Positions 19,834 to 29,592 of a stretch of 64,000 nt of DNA are shown here, piece by piece. Positions within the stretch are counted from its first letter, which is position 1. Every line of letters starts with the position of its first letter. A model generated the notes under the pieces. It made no database searches, had not been told where the DNA came from, and saw nothing but the letters and a program-made list of their open reading frames with translations. Position numbers and translations under genes: made by a program. The stretch covers positions 21,896 to 85,895 of the forward strand of contig JACTMU010000102.1 of NCBI GenBank assembly GCA_014584465.1, written 5' to 3'. The stretch comes from Pseudomonadota bacterium (lineage in GTDB: Bacteria; Bdellovibrionota; Bdellovibrionia; Bdellovibrionales; JACTMU01).

Positions 19834-20660
19834 TGGACGATCCTCATCCTCAACCCTTCAGATGGAGTTCCAAAGTCTCTCCCAATGCAAATCTTCTTGC
19901 CGTCACGATGATCTTGTTCACCACCTTCTTTTACCCCTATCAACTATCCTACGAGCATCGTGATCTTCTTGTGGTTTGGAATGTTGGCCAAGGCCAATGG
20001 GTCTCGTGGATCCGACCCAACGTTTGCAACCATTTTGACATGGGCGGAGAGTGGCGACCCTCCTCCAAACTCATTCGAACTCTCTGCGCACATCATCTCA
20101 ACGAAATCTACTTTAGCCACTGGGACTGGGATCATATTGGACTTCTGAAAGGATCTCTTCGCGACCTTCCCAACCTCTGCGTGGCCCGACGGCCTCCCAA
20201 AAACCCTACGAAACAACCTAAAAAGAAGAGGTTGCTGGAGAGCGTTCCCACCTGTTCAAACCCTCATTCTGCAAAGATGACTTCCATTGAAGAGCTCCAT
20301 ACCTTGTTCCACCTTACCAGCTCCTCACCCTCCAACGACCAAAGTCGCATCTTCAACCTCAATGGATCGGTGCTGGTCACCGGGGACTCCCCCTCACGCC
20401 AAGAGCGAATTTGGCGCCATCAGCTCTCCAAAAAAAATCGGATCTCCCACCTTATTGCGGGCCATCACGGAAGCCGCACGAGCAACTCCAAGGAGCTCAT
20501 CGAATCTCTGCCAAAACTTCGCCAGGTCATATCAAGTGCTCGCAGTCGACGCTACGGGCATCCACATCCGCAGGTGCGCAAGCGATTGAAGCAAGCCGGT
20601 GTCAGTCTCATCCAGACAGAGAAGTGGGGGAACATCCTCATCGATCTTCCCCCAAAATAG
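19833..20660 (+). CDS. comEC: ComEC C-terminal metallo-beta-lactamase domain protein (second half of the split ComEC)
   Basis: ATG at 19833 overlaps the upstream TGA (TGATG). One TM (LLAVTMILFTTFFY) precedes MBL motifs: VVWNVGQGQW, FSHWDWDHIG, VLVTGDS, LIAGHHGS. The 5' part of ORF 19233..20660 is an out-of-frame overlap and is not used. Confidence 0.75.
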   Translation: MDDPHPQPFRWSSKVSPNANLLAVTMILFTTFFYPYQLSYEHRDLLVVWNVGQGQWVSWIRPNVCNHFDMGGEWRPSSKLIRTLCAHHLNEIYFSHWDWDHIGLLKGSLRDLPNLCVARRPPKNPTKQPKKKRLLESVPTCSNPHSAKMTSIEELHTLFHLTSSSPSNDQSRIFNLNGSVLVTGDSPSRQERIWRHQLSKKNRISHLIAGHHGSRTSNSKELIESLPKLRQVISSARSRRYGHPHPQVRKRLKQAGVSLIQTEKWGNILIDLPPK

Positions 20661-20693
20661 GAACTTAAAATCTGGATCTGAAAACAGAAATAG

Positions 20694-20761
20694 AGTCCGT
20701 TCGGAAAATTCTACTAAAAAATTCCTTCGCAAATTGCATCGCAGAATTTTCCGAACGGACT
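20694..20761. terminator. Long perfect palindrome between convergent comEC and ald (probable bidirectional terminator / repeat element)
   Basis: 19-bp perfect arms (agtccgttcggaaaattct, 20694-20712 / agaattttccgaacggact, 20743-20761) with a 30-nt loop. A related half-copy lies at 29681-29702. Confidence 0.6.
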
Positions 20762-20781
20762 ATAGAAAAAGGGTTAAAGAG

Positions 20782-21888
20782 TCAGTGTTTGAAGGGTCGA
20801 TACTCCATCTTAAGATCACGTGCCACAGGTTCATAGGTGACAAAACCATTGTAAACATTGAGTCCTCGATAGAGCTCAGGAAACTTCACAACGGCATCCT
20901 CAACCCCAAGCTGAGCGATCATTGAAACGTATCGAAAGGTGCAACTTGTTAAGGCATAGGTCGAAGTCCGCGCCACCACACCCGGCATGTTGGGAACACA
21001 GTAATGAATGATCCCATTGACTTCGTAGGTCGGAGCGGCATGAGAGGTGGGCCGACAAGTTTCAATGCAACCCCCTTGATCAACTGCCACATCCACAACA
21101 ACTCCTCCCGGACTCATTGTTTCAACCATCTGCTTTGTGACCAACTGAGGCGCTTTGCTTCCTGCAACCAAGACGGCTCCGATCAAAAGATCGCATTGCC
21201 TTACAGACTCTTCCACATTTTGAACATTGGAATAGAGAGTCCAAAGACGTCCCTGAAAGATGTCATCCAGATATTCAAGCCTTGCCGCATTGACATCCAG
21301 CACGGTCACATCTGCACCAAGTCCAACTGCCATTTTAGCTGCATTGGTTCCAACGATTCCTCCACCAATGATTGTAACCTTACCTGGGCGAACTCCGGTC
21401 ACTCCACCAAGTAAAATGCCCTTACCTCCATGATCTTTTTGAAGATAAAATGCGCCGATTTGAGTCGCCATTCGACCGGCAACTTCACTCATCGGCACAA
21501 GAAGTGGAAGCGTTCCATCATCCCTTTGAATCGTCTCATAGGCAATGGCCTTCACCTTTCGCTCACACAAGACCTTGGTAAGCTTAGGCTCTGCCGCAAG
21601 GTGCAGATAGGTGAAAAGAATCTGCCCCTCTTGCAAAAGGTCATATTCATCAGGGAGTGGCTCCTTGACCTTGACGATCATATCGGCACGCTGAAAAATC
21701 TCTTTGGCGCTACCCACAAGCTCAGCTCCCGCTCTCTCATAATCTTCGTCGCTGATGCGGCTGCCAAGGCCCGCGTTTCGCTCCACCAGGATCTTGTGAC
21801 CCTCGAGCTTGAGTTGGCGAACCCCTGCCTCTGTCAGACCTACCCGATTCTCACTGATCTTGATCTCCTTGGGAACACCTATGACCAT
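20782..21888 (-). CDS. ald: Alanine dehydrogenase
   Basis: [22 protein letters not shown] at the N-terminus. NAD-binding [28 protein letters not shown]. An AAGGAG RBS precedes the ATG at 21888, so the ORF-track start at 21999 is too long. Confidence 0.92.
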   Translation of the reverse strand: MVIGVPKEIKISENRVGLTEAGVRQLKLEGHKILVERNAGLGSRISDEDYERAGAELVGSAKEIFQRADMIVKVKEPLPDEYDLLQEGQILFTYLHLAAEPKLTKVLCERKVKAIAYETIQRDDGTLPLLVPMSEVAGRMATQIGAFYLQKDHGGKGILLGGVTGVRPGKVTIIGGGIVGTNAAKMAVGLGADVTVLDVNAARLEYLDDIFQGRLWTLYSNVQNVEESVRQCDLLIGAVLVAGSKAPQLVTKQMVETMSPGGVVVDVAVDQGGCIETCRPTSHAAPTYEVNGIIHYCVPNMPGVVARTSTYALTSCTFRYVSMIAQLGVEDAVVKFPELYRGLNVYNGFVTYEPVARDLKMEYRPFKH

Positions 21889-22020
21889 GGTCTTACTCCT
21901 TTTTTCCAAAGTAAATTGGGGACACAAAACAACTATCTGTTCTATAATGGTAAAAAGGACAACGTCAACAGACCCTTTGAACCCGTGGTCGAGGTGCACG
22001 ACACATTGACATCTACCGCC

Positions 22021-22782
22021 ATGATCAATCTCTTCACCACTTCTCTTTTGCTCTTTCTCCCGTTTGCGAGCTTTGGTGCATCCATTGAGGGCGCAGAAAA
22101 CTACTGGCTCTCATCAAAAAAGGGAGCTGGACTCATCCACTACAGCTTCTCTCAAAATGATCCCGAATGGGGACCCAACACAACAAGGTTTGACTGGGAT
22201 TTTTCCTATCGAAATGGGACCAACAACTATCTCTCCATGGGCGTCATGACCACGATCGATCGACCTGAGTCTCACCGAGATGCCTATTTCTTACGCTACG
22301 ACCTGGGAGTTGGCCCTAGCTCCTCGTTTGCCTTCAAATGGATTCATCAAAATCTCTACTACCTCCAAAGTGGAAAGGAGTCCGTTGGAGTCGACTACAA
22401 CAATCTCTTCACCATTTCCAAGTCCCTTCAAACCTTGATTGCTTTTGGTTTCTACTATCGATGGTTGAAACAGAGATGGGACCCCTCACCTTTTGACCCA
22501 TCACAATTTCAAACCAATGATCAAGAAGGGTACATTCAAGGCGCGCTCGGATTGATCCTGGCCCTTTCTCAAAGGCACCACTGGATCTTGGACCTCAACA
22601 ACCGAGATCGTTACTCCTACTACCATGGAGACAACCTGGCGATCGACTTCACCTATGAGATTGCAATAGGCACAACCTCAAAGATGCAGTGGCTCCTCGG
22701 TACCCGCATGACCTCTTTTCTTGTGGGGACAGCTTACCCCGCAGAGATCTACAGCGGACTCGGATTTTCTCACGGGTTGTAA
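22021..22782 (+). CDS. Hypothetical secreted / outer-membrane beta-barrel-like protein
   Basis: Signal peptide MINLFTTSLLLFLPFASFGA. An aromatic-rich alternating pattern typical of beta-barrels. Only the 3' 762 nt of ORF 21430..22782 is credible. Confidence 0.5.
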   Translation: MINLFTTSLLLFLPFASFGASIEGAENYWLSSKKGAGLIHYSFSQNDPEWGPNTTRFDWDFSYRNGTNNYLSMGVMTTIDRPESHRDAYFLRYDLGVGPSSSFAFKWIHQNLYYLQSGKESVGVDYNNLFTISKSLQTLIAFGFYYRWLKQRWDPSPFDPSQFQTNDQEGYIQGALGLILALSQRHHWILDLNNRDRYSYYHGDNLAIDFTYEIAIGTTSKMQWLLGTRMTSFLVGTAYPAEIYSGLGFSHGL

Positions 22783-22788
22783 CCCGGA

Positions 22789-23604
22789 TCAAAAAAAGAT
22801 CACCTCGGATCGAATCGAACTTCCCTCCACAGAGACTCGAACAAAATTTTTGCTCTGACCAGGGTCGATAAGGTTGTTCATGCCTCCCGTAACGACATAG
22901 GTCGTCGCTCCAAGAACAATCTCATCATACCCATGATAGTGTCCTGAAAACATGAAGTTCACATTGTTTTGTGAAAGTATATCTTTAAGAATGGCCGCCT
23001 CCTCCTCAGATCCCATTTTGAACATGCTTGAAAATTTGCCAATCCAGGGAGGATAGTGACTTACAACCACTTTGTGGGTCTGAGTTGCAGACGCCAAATC
23101 ATTCTTGAGCCATTCAAGCTGTCGTTCTCCAAGTACACCATTGGCCGAATCCAAAATGGAGAAGTGAACATTGTCCGCATTGAAGGAGTAAAGACTCCGT
23201 CCGATCACACTTCTCCATCGATCCCAACCACCAAAGTAGATGTCATGATTGCCTATGGCTGCTCGAAAACTCAATCCTGCAAGAGATGTAATCTCGATGA
23301 AACTCTCAAGTTCACTCTGAAGACCTGCTTGACTCACGTCCCCAGCAACCACGACAAAAGCCACCCCAAGATCCGAAATGGCCTGCACGCGATCGGCATA
23401 GATCTGCCCGGCAGCATTTCCTACGTGGGTGTCTCCCACAACCACAAACGAAAAAGAGTCCGTACCAGGAGGATCAATATCATCGACACCACCCAACTCA
23501 CCAGAAAGACTCTCCTCAACTCGATCTTGCAACTCTCGAAATTTGAAGTTGGTGCATCCGACCAGCCAAAGAGCGATGAAATAAAATAGAAGAGAACTTC
23601 TCAT
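22789..23604 (-). CDS. Calcineurin-like metallophosphoesterase lipoprotein
   Basis: Lipobox LVGC. Motifs VVVGDTHVG, VVAGDVSQAG, GNHD, VVSHYPP, FSGHYHG. Confidence 0.85.
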   Translation of the reverse strand: MRSSLLFYFIALWLVGCTNFKFRELQDRVEESLSGELGGVDDIDPPGTDSFSFVVVGDTHVGNAAGQIYADRVQAISDLGVAFVVVAGDVSQAGLQSELESFIEITSLAGLSFRAAIGNHDIYFGGWDRWRSVIGRSLYSFNADNVHFSILDSANGVLGERQLEWLKNDLASATQTHKVVVSHYPPWIGKFSSMFKMGSEEEAAILKDILSQNNVNFMFSGHYHGYDEIVLGATTYVVTGGMNNLIDPGQSKNFVRVSVEGSSIRSEVIFF

Positions 23605-23619
23605 CTCTTCTATTTTGTT

Positions 23620-24528
23620 TCAGGAGTAACCCCACAACAATCGAAACTCTTCTAAATTGGACCGAAGATCAGCACCAAGCTCAATCAGCCGAAAACTGTC
23701 AGGGGAAGATAGGATCTTTCGTACCAAACGGTTCATGAGATCATGTCCAGCCTTGTACAAGATCAGATGCCCCATCATGGGATACCCTAAGGTCACCAGA
23801 TCCCCTAAAGCATCGAGAACCTTGTGGCGAACAAACTCATCACTGTACCTTAATCCATCAGGATTTAAGATGTCCCTAGTATCCAAAACAATCGCATTGT
23901 CGAGACTCGCACCTCGAGCAAGACCCCGCTCGCGAAGTTTTTCTGAATCTTTAAGAAACCCAAAGGTGCGAGCCTTTGCAATGTCTCGAGCAAACGAGTG
24001 CTCATTGATGTCAAGATCCATCTTTTGTCGCCCAATACGACAATGAGGAAACTCGATGGTGCAGGTCACCCTTAGACCATTGTATGGGACCACGTAGGCA
24101 TGCTTCTCATCGTTACCAAAATAGATCGGTTGAGTAATGTAAGCATAGAGTCTGGACTCCTCCTGCTCCACAATTCCGACTTTAAGGAGTGCCTCCAAAA
24201 AGATCCTAGCGCTCCCATCTCCAATGGGAATCTCTGGCCCGTGAAGTTCTATGAACAGATTGTCGATACGAAAAGCGGCCAATGCCGAAAGACAATGCTC
24301 AACTGTGGAGACTGAAAACTCTGGACACCCCAGAGTGGTCGCCATGGAGGTCGCTTGAACAAACTCCGCCTTTGCTGCCACAGCGGGAGAGCCTGGCAAA
24401 TCGGAACGAACAATGTAAATGCCCGTTTGCGGCGGGGCTGGACGAAAAACAAGTGACGTTGGTTCACCGCTATGAAGTCCAATCCCCTTAACCTCAACAG
24501 CCTTTCGAATGGTTCTCTGTAAAAACAC
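23620..24528 (-). CDS. lpxC: UDP-3-O-acyl-N-acetylglucosamine deacetylase
   Basis: LpxC blocks: QRTIRKAVEVKGIGLHSGEP, STVEHCLSALAAFRIDNL, PIGDGSA, ARTFGF, DEFVRHKVLDALGDL, HDL. GTG start. Confidence 0.93.
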   Translation of the reverse strand: MFLQRTIRKAVEVKGIGLHSGEPTSLVFRPAPPQTGIYIVRSDLPGSPAVAAKAEFVQATSMATTLGCPEFSVSTVEHCLSALAAFRIDNLFIELHGPEIPIGDGSARIFLEALLKVGIVEQEESRLYAYITQPIYFGNDEKHAYVVPYNGLRVTCTIEFPHCRIGRQKMDLDINEHSFARDIAKARTFGFLKDSEKLRERGLARGASLDNAIVLDTRDILNPDGLRYSDEFVRHKVLDALGDLVTLGYPMMGHLILYKAGHDLMNRLVRKILSSPDSFRLIELGADLRSNLEEFRLLWGYS

Positions 24529-24877
24529 CCTTTCTCTATCCTGTCGCTCTACGTCAGAGCCAGGTGCACAGAAGACACCCCTCTACTTCGCTCATTATGC
24601 ATCTTAACGACAATCCCCGCCCTAACTTTAATTAGACCCAAATCCACGTCAAAACAAATTTAATGCAATTGAAATGCCATAATCTTCCACAAACCTTCGA
24701 CGGATATAAAAGAACTCAATTTTCCCCTTTTAAAGCCATTTCCATACTGAAACCCACTCAAGTGGGACCTTGAACTTGTGGTTATTCAACCACTCACTGT
24801 TGCTCTTTGTACCCAATCATGGCGTGATGCATTGCTCAACGATCAATAACCTCTCTTAATATGCCGATGAGTGCGTG

Positions 24878-25201
24878 ATGACTCAAGAACGAAAAAAGAA
24901 AGCCTCACCTCCAACACTTTACCTTTGGCTTCCCATCTTTTTTCTCACGATTCATTCTGCGTGCGCATCCAACGGAAAGGATGGAGCAAGGCGGTCTCCG
25001 CCACCTCGGGAGAGTCAAGCTGAAGGCGCCTCCTACGTTGCCGACTATTTTACCTTTGATAAAAAGACACCTCAGCACCCTGCAATTCGCCCTTGGCAGT
25101 TCTTTTTCAAGAAATGCGAACTCACGGGGGAAGAAAATAGCCACTCTCCTAACACCTATCAGTGCACAGGACCTTGCGTTCAGGAGGCAAATGAGCTATG
25201 A
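24878..25201 (+). CDS. Small hypothetical lipoprotein
   Basis: Hydrophobic leader with a lipobox-like IHSAC. No recognisable domain. Followed 18 nt later by MITE copy A. Confidence 0.4.
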   Translation: MTQERKKKASPPTLYLWLPIFFLTIHSACASNGKDGARRSPPPRESQAEGASYVADYFTFDKKTPQHPAIRPWQFFFKKCELTGEENSHSPNTYQCTGPCVQEANEL

Positions 25202-25218
25202 GAAACTCAATCTGTTTA

Positions 25219-25335
25219 GGGGCTGTGCGGTAATTCGCTTTTTGATCGATTTTGATAAGTTTTTCTTATACCGAGGCGGGCCGACGAAGGGCTAGCCAGA
25301 GGCGCTAACTCGAGGAGGCTCAACGATTTTAAGGC
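25219..25335 (+). repeat. MITE-like element copy A (GGGGCTGT-type left terminus + conserved core; right arm missing)
   Basis: ggggctgtgcggtaattcgctttttgatcgattttgataagtttttcttatacc plus the core gaggcgggccgacgaagggctagccagaggcgctaactcgaggaggctcaacg. The left arm differs from copy C at 1 nt; the core is identical to copy D. Confidence 0.8.
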
Positions 25336-25390
25336 TCAAGTCCATTCGGTGCTTGACCTAGACCTAAGGAAGGAAGAGAGGACTATCTGA

Positions 25391-26089
25391 ATGGCTATGC
25401 AGATTCTTCTTGTAGAAGACAGTCTCGAAGTACAAACCCTGATCAAAGGTATTTTAGGTAATCGGTATGAAATTCAGATTGCTTCAACTGCGGTTGAGGC
25501 CGATCGATTGGCCAGGAGCCGTAACTTCGACTTGATTCTTCTTGATGTCATGTTGCCCGACGGAGATGGATTTCAAATTTGTTCGCGATTTCAAAATGAT
25601 GAAACTCTGCGGAACGTTCCGGTTATTTTTCTCACGGCCAAAGATTCGGTCGACGACATCATCATGGGCTATAAACTTGGCGCCGACGATTACATTGTCA
25701 AACCATTTGAACCACGAATCTTTCGTGCAAAGATCGAAGGTAAGCTTCAAAAATCGACCCATCAAGCAGAAGGAGCTAAGTGGCTCAAACGGGAAGGACT
25801 CCATCTCAATCTCCACTCTCAGAGAGCCTATCTCGTTGAGGGTGAAAATCAAAAGCAGATCGATCTAACCCCAACGGAGTTTCGACTGCTTTATACGCTC
25901 ATTATGAGCGAAGAACAAATTCTCAGTCGAGAACAACTTCTCGATCGCGTCTGGACCCAGGAAACCCACGTCACAGATCGCGTGGTCGACATTCACATCA
26001 GTAGCCTGCGAAAAAAGTTACTGCACCTCGGTCACTACATCCGCACGGTCTACGGCACTGGATACTCATTCTCCCAGGTCGATAGGTAG
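25391..26089 (+). CDS. OmpR/PhoB-family response regulator
   Basis: Receiver motifs ILLVEDS, DLILLDVMLPDGDG, TAKD, KPF. Winged-helix output: LTPTEFRLLYTL...VDIHISSLRKKL...IRTVYGTGYSF. Confidence 0.92.
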   Translation: MAMQILLVEDSLEVQTLIKGILGNRYEIQIASTAVEADRLARSRNFDLILLDVMLPDGDGFQICSRFQNDETLRNVPVIFLTAKDSVDDIIMGYKLGADDYIVKPFEPRIFRAKIEGKLQKSTHQAEGAKWLKREGLHLNLHSQRAYLVEGENQKQIDLTPTEFRLLYTLIMSEEQILSREQLLDRVWTQETHVTDRVVDIHISSLRKKLLHLGHYIRTVYGTGYSFSQVDR

Positions 26090-26120
26090 TGCCTGACGCT
26101 GATGGGGAAACTGTGACCTC

Positions 26121-27596
26121 TTAAAGATCACGGCAGCGCAGAGGAAGTTTCTCTTGGGGCCACTTTTCAACTCCCTCCAAATCGATGGTCAACACACGAA
26201 GAGAGTTGGTTTTGGCCTTCTTGTGAACGGGTCGGCCGAGTGTCACCACAACTGTGCTCCCACGCTCGACAAGTCCATATTGCAGGAGCTTTCGTTCAAT
26301 CTCCTCCATCGCCTCCTCCGATGTCTTGTAAGGCTTCAGTGGCATCGTTTGGAGGCCCCAAACGAGTTCCAAACTGTTGAGGGTGTCAAGCGCATGGGTC
26401 ATGGCAATGATCAGCGCCTTGGGACGATGACGGGCAATGTAGGTCGCTGTTTTTCCTGATGTTGTAAGACAGACAATCGCAGAGGCATTGGTCTTAAGAG
26501 CCGTAAGACAGGCACTGGCCCCAATGGCTTCAGCAACGGAGAGCTTTCCCTGCTCCAGAGAAATTGAGTAGTAGGGCCTGGTGCGTTCACACTCGGTGAT
26601 CACCTCATGCATCGTTGTGATGCACTCAAAGGGGTACTTGCCCGATGCCGTCTCAGCCGAGAGCATCACGGCATCAGTACCGTCAAGCACCGCGTTGGCA
26701 ATGTCGGTCACTTCGGCTCGCGTGGGACGAGGATGTTCAATCATACTTTCAAGCATCTGAGTGGCCGTGATCACGGGTTTGCCCATTCGATTGCAAAGTC
26801 GAATGATCTCTTTCTGCAGTCCAGGAAGAGAGCTATGACCAACTTCAATGGCCAAATCACCACGCGCGACCATAAGGACGTCACTGAGGCCTACAATCTC
26901 TTCCAAGTGTTCAATGGCACCAAGCATCTCGATCTTGGAGACAATCCGAATTCCTCTATTCCTGGGTTCTACGAGATCTCTGAGTTTCTTGGTATCTTCT
27001 CCGCGCCGGACGAAACTCAAAGCAATGTAATCGACCTTGTGAGCAATACCAAACTCAAGATCTTTTAGATCCTTCTCTGTAAGACTCTCAACAGGAAGCT
27101 TGGCTCCCGGAATGTTGATCCCTTTTCGATCTTTGAGAACCCCTCCAAAAACGACCCGACAATCTACTTCCTCAGAATGCACCTTCTCAACCTTGAGTTC
27201 GATCAAACCATCATCAAGAAGAATCCGCGAACCCACAGAGCAGACCGAGGGAAGCTCCACAAAATCTGTGGGTATCAAACTCCCATCTCCTTTGACGTCC
27301 TTGACCGTGATCGTGACCAGAGAACCCTCCTTAAGTTCAATGGATCCCTCTTTGAATCGACCCACGCGAATCTTTGGACCTTGAAGATCAAGAAGGATGC
27401 TCACGGGAGCGTTCAGCTCCTCCGAAAGTGCTCTTACGTGCTCAATGACCTGCTTATGCTCTTCGTGAGTCCCATGGCTCATGTTGAGGCGAGCCACATT
27501 CATTCCTCGACAGACTGCCTTCTTAAGATTCTCTTTAGATGAGATCGAAGGCCCGATGGTTGCAACAATTTTAACTCTTCTCTGCGACAGCAGCAT
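26121..27596 (-). CDS. pyk: Pyruvate kinase
   Basis: KIVATIGPS, MNVARLNMSHG, ILLDLQGPKIR, MVARGDLAIEV, TQMLESM, LSAETASGKYP. The ATG at 27596 avoids overlap with the upstream gene. Confidence 0.93.
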   Translation of the reverse strand: MLLSQRRVKIVATIGPSISSKENLKKAVCRGMNVARLNMSHGTHEEHKQVIEHVRALSEELNAPVSILLDLQGPKIRVGRFKEGSIELKEGSLVTITVKDVKGDGSLIPTDFVELPSVCSVGSRILLDDGLIELKVEKVHSEEVDCRVVFGGVLKDRKGINIPGAKLPVESLTEKDLKDLEFGIAHKVDYIALSFVRRGEDTKKLRDLVEPRNRGIRIVSKIEMLGAIEHLEEIVGLSDVLMVARGDLAIEVGHSSLPGLQKEIIRLCNRMGKPVITATQMLESMIEHPRPTRAEVTDIANAVLDGTDAVMLSAETASGKYPFECITTMHEVITECERTRPYYSISLEQGKLSVAEAIGASACLTALKTNASAIVCLTTSGKTATYIARHRPKALIIAMTHALDTLNSLELVWGLQTMPLKPYKTSEEAMEEIERKLLQYGLVERGSTVVVTLGRPVHKKAKTNSLRVLTIDLEGVEKWPQEKLPLRCRDL

Positions 27597-27645
27597 CCCC
27601 ACATCCCCCTCGCGCTCAACACGAACTTGAAACCCAGATCTGAAA

Positions 27646-29316
27646 TTAGATCTTGCGAACTCCGACACTCATACGATCAATCTGCGCTTGATGACGCCGC
27701 TCCATCATCTTAAGCTCCTCTTCATGGCGACCTCGAAGTTGATCCATCTGCTCACGGTATTTGATCTCCCGGGCCTCCATTTCCATAGTATGAAGTTTCT
27801 TTGCCTCACGATCTTTTTTGGCTTCATACTCATCCCTCTGCCGCCCTGAGCGAAGGTTCTCATCTTTGATCTGACTCAACTTGGACTCATAAGAGCTGCG
27901 AAGATTGGAAAGACGCTCATCTTGACGCTTCTGAAACTCTCGAACCTCGCTGATGAACCGACGTTCAAGCTCCTGTCTCTCCTGCTTATGCACCTCTCTC
28001 TGTTCATTGAGCTTATCGTGATACATAGCCTTAAGTCCATCAACATTTTCTCTAAAGTCCTCTTGAATCTTACGTTGAATTTCAACGTTCTGGTTCGTAA
28101 TGGCGTTGATCCTTTTCGTGGAGGTGGATTCCAGTTGGTCAAACTTGTGTTGAGCAAGATCCGTCTCGATTCCCCGCGCCTCTTCACTTCTCACGCGATC
28201 ATCGGAAATCTTCTCCTGATAGAATCGAATGGTCTTTTGCAAATTCCTCTCACCCTCTTTCTTTGCATTGGCGATCTCTCGATTGTTCAATTGACTCCCC
28301 TGCTCCATCAGCATCCCCCTTTGGCTTTCAAGCACTCGCACCTGATCCATAAAGGCGTCTTGAAGATGCTGTTTTTCAATTTCACCCTGTCGGTGCAATC
28401 GGGTCTGATCGAGTTGCCTTTGAAGAGCTTCCTGCCTTACATCTCGCTCCAAATTGCGAAGCTTCCCCTCATAACGACTGTTCACATCACTCTTAAGCTC
28501 CCTAAAGTTCTTTTCAGAACTCTGGGCACGAGCCTCTTCAGCCAGCGCAAACTTCCCTTTGACCTTTCCTAACTCTGCGTCAAATCCTTCGCGTTGCAGC
28601 CCAAAATTTTGGTTGTGCCGAGTTTCATTTTCTCGGATCGTTCCCATCAGAGCATCATGAATCTGGCTCTTCTCTCTGAGATGACGATCTTCCATCTGCT
28701 CTTTCTGATTGGTGTAGGTCTGCCGAAATGCATCCTTCTCACGTTTCAGATCTCGAAGGCGATCTTCAAAGTCCTCGATGAGCGCCCCCTTTTCGGTCCC
28801 ATGGGCTTCAGAGAGCTTCTTTCTTTGATCCACCAGAGCTCCTTTTTGACTCTCTTGGGCCTCTTCTTTGATTCTGTTGGTCTGCTCTGCTTGAGCATGA
28901 ACGGCCTGCTCATTGGCCTCTCGGATGAGATTGATCCGTTGATCATTCGCCTTGGTGATTCTTTTGATCTCCTGATCGTGCCTCTGATCCTCTGTCTTTT
29001 CCTGTTGATGAATCTCCTCTGCCATTCGCTGTTGTTGCAAACGATTGGCATTTCGTACAGCAGAGATCTCTTTCTGATAACGATCATCACGATCACTGAT
29101 GGACTTTTGAGAGAGCTTCTTCAACTCCTCAAGCTGTGTCCTATGACCATCCTGAAGCTTGTTCATCTCTTCAATGTGAAGGTCATTGATTCGTCTCATC
29201 TCTTGCGCATGGCGCTTTTGAAGCTGAGCTTCTCGTTCCTGATAAGCTTCCCTTTGGGTCCGAATGGTGTCGTCCTGACTTCGTCCTGATCCCGAGCTTG
29301 AGCCCACCGAAGACAT
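27646..29316 (-). CDS. Coiled-coil-rich protein (556 aa, no TM, no enzymatic motif)
   Basis: E/Q/R/K-rich, heptad-like composition throughout. Strong RBS (CAGGAGGAG) before the ATG at 29316. Confidence 0.7.
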   Translation of the reverse strand: MSSVGSSSGSGRSQDDTIRTQREAYQEREAQLQKRHAQEMRRINDLHIEEMNKLQDGHRTQLEELKKLSQKSISDRDDRYQKEISAVRNANRLQQQRMAEEIHQQEKTEDQRHDQEIKRITKANDQRINLIREANEQAVHAQAEQTNRIKEEAQESQKGALVDQRKKLSEAHGTEKGALIEDFEDRLRDLKREKDAFRQTYTNQKEQMEDRHLREKSQIHDALMGTIRENETRHNQNFGLQREGFDAELGKVKGKFALAEEARAQSSEKNFRELKSDVNSRYEGKLRNLERDVRQEALQRQLDQTRLHRQGEIEKQHLQDAFMDQVRVLESQRGMLMEQGSQLNNREIANAKKEGERNLQKTIRFYQEKISDDRVRSEEARGIETDLAQHKFDQLESTSTKRINAITNQNVEIQRKIQEDFRENVDGLKAMYHDKLNEQREVHKQERQELERRFISEVREFQKRQDERLSNLRSSYESKLSQIKDENLRSGRQRDEYEAKKDREAKKLHTMEMEAREIKYREQMDQLRGRHEEELKMMERRHQAQIDRMSVGVRKI

Positions 29317-29348
29317 CGATCTCCTCCTGAGAATGGTTTGTCTATTTA

Positions 29349-29468
29349 GTGGCTGGCGCGAAACCTCATTCCGGTGAATTTGTCATAAGTTTTCCTTATA
29401 CCTTTGTTGAGCCTCCTCGAGTTAGCGCCTCTGGCTAGCCCTTCGTCGGCAGGTTTCGCGCCAGCCAC
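29349..29468 (-). mobile_element. MITE-like element copy B (GTGGCTGGCGCGAAACCT termini, one inner arm deleted, TATTTA flanks)
   Basis: Perfect 18-bp TIR (29349-29366 / 29451-29468). 6-bp direct flanks tattta at 29343-29348 and 29469-29474. Carries 45 nt of the core in reverse orientation. Confidence 0.8.
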
Positions 29469-29592
29469 TATTTATCATCATAGCATGGGTAAAAGAAAAT
29501 CGTGAACCTTTCACAACCAACCAGATCATGAACCTGTCAGGAGATCCAGTGAGACCCAATGGAAGTCCAGCACAAAAAATTAAGAAAAATAG

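Noticed and set aside
21430-22020. The 5' two-fifths of ORF 21430..22782.
   Set aside because: It runs antisense through ald and has no domain signal. A clean signal peptide starts at ATG 22021, after the ald start codon.
24840-24877. Possible sigma-28-type promoter (…TAAC-N12-GCCGATGA) upstream of the small lipoprotein ORF.
   Set aside because: Spacing and the -35 match are poor, and the -10-like GCCGATGA ends only about 2-5 nt before the candidate start codons (24875/24878). It is not convincing.
27876-29289. Long antisense ORFs (27922..28572, 28594..29289, 27876..28187, 28746..29096) overlapping the coiled-coil gene.
   Set aside because: They are by-products of the low-complexity, stop-poor composition of a GAA/CAG/AAG-rich gene. 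They have no RBS, and their L/S/F-rich translations are typical of the reverse strand of E/K/Q-rich genes.
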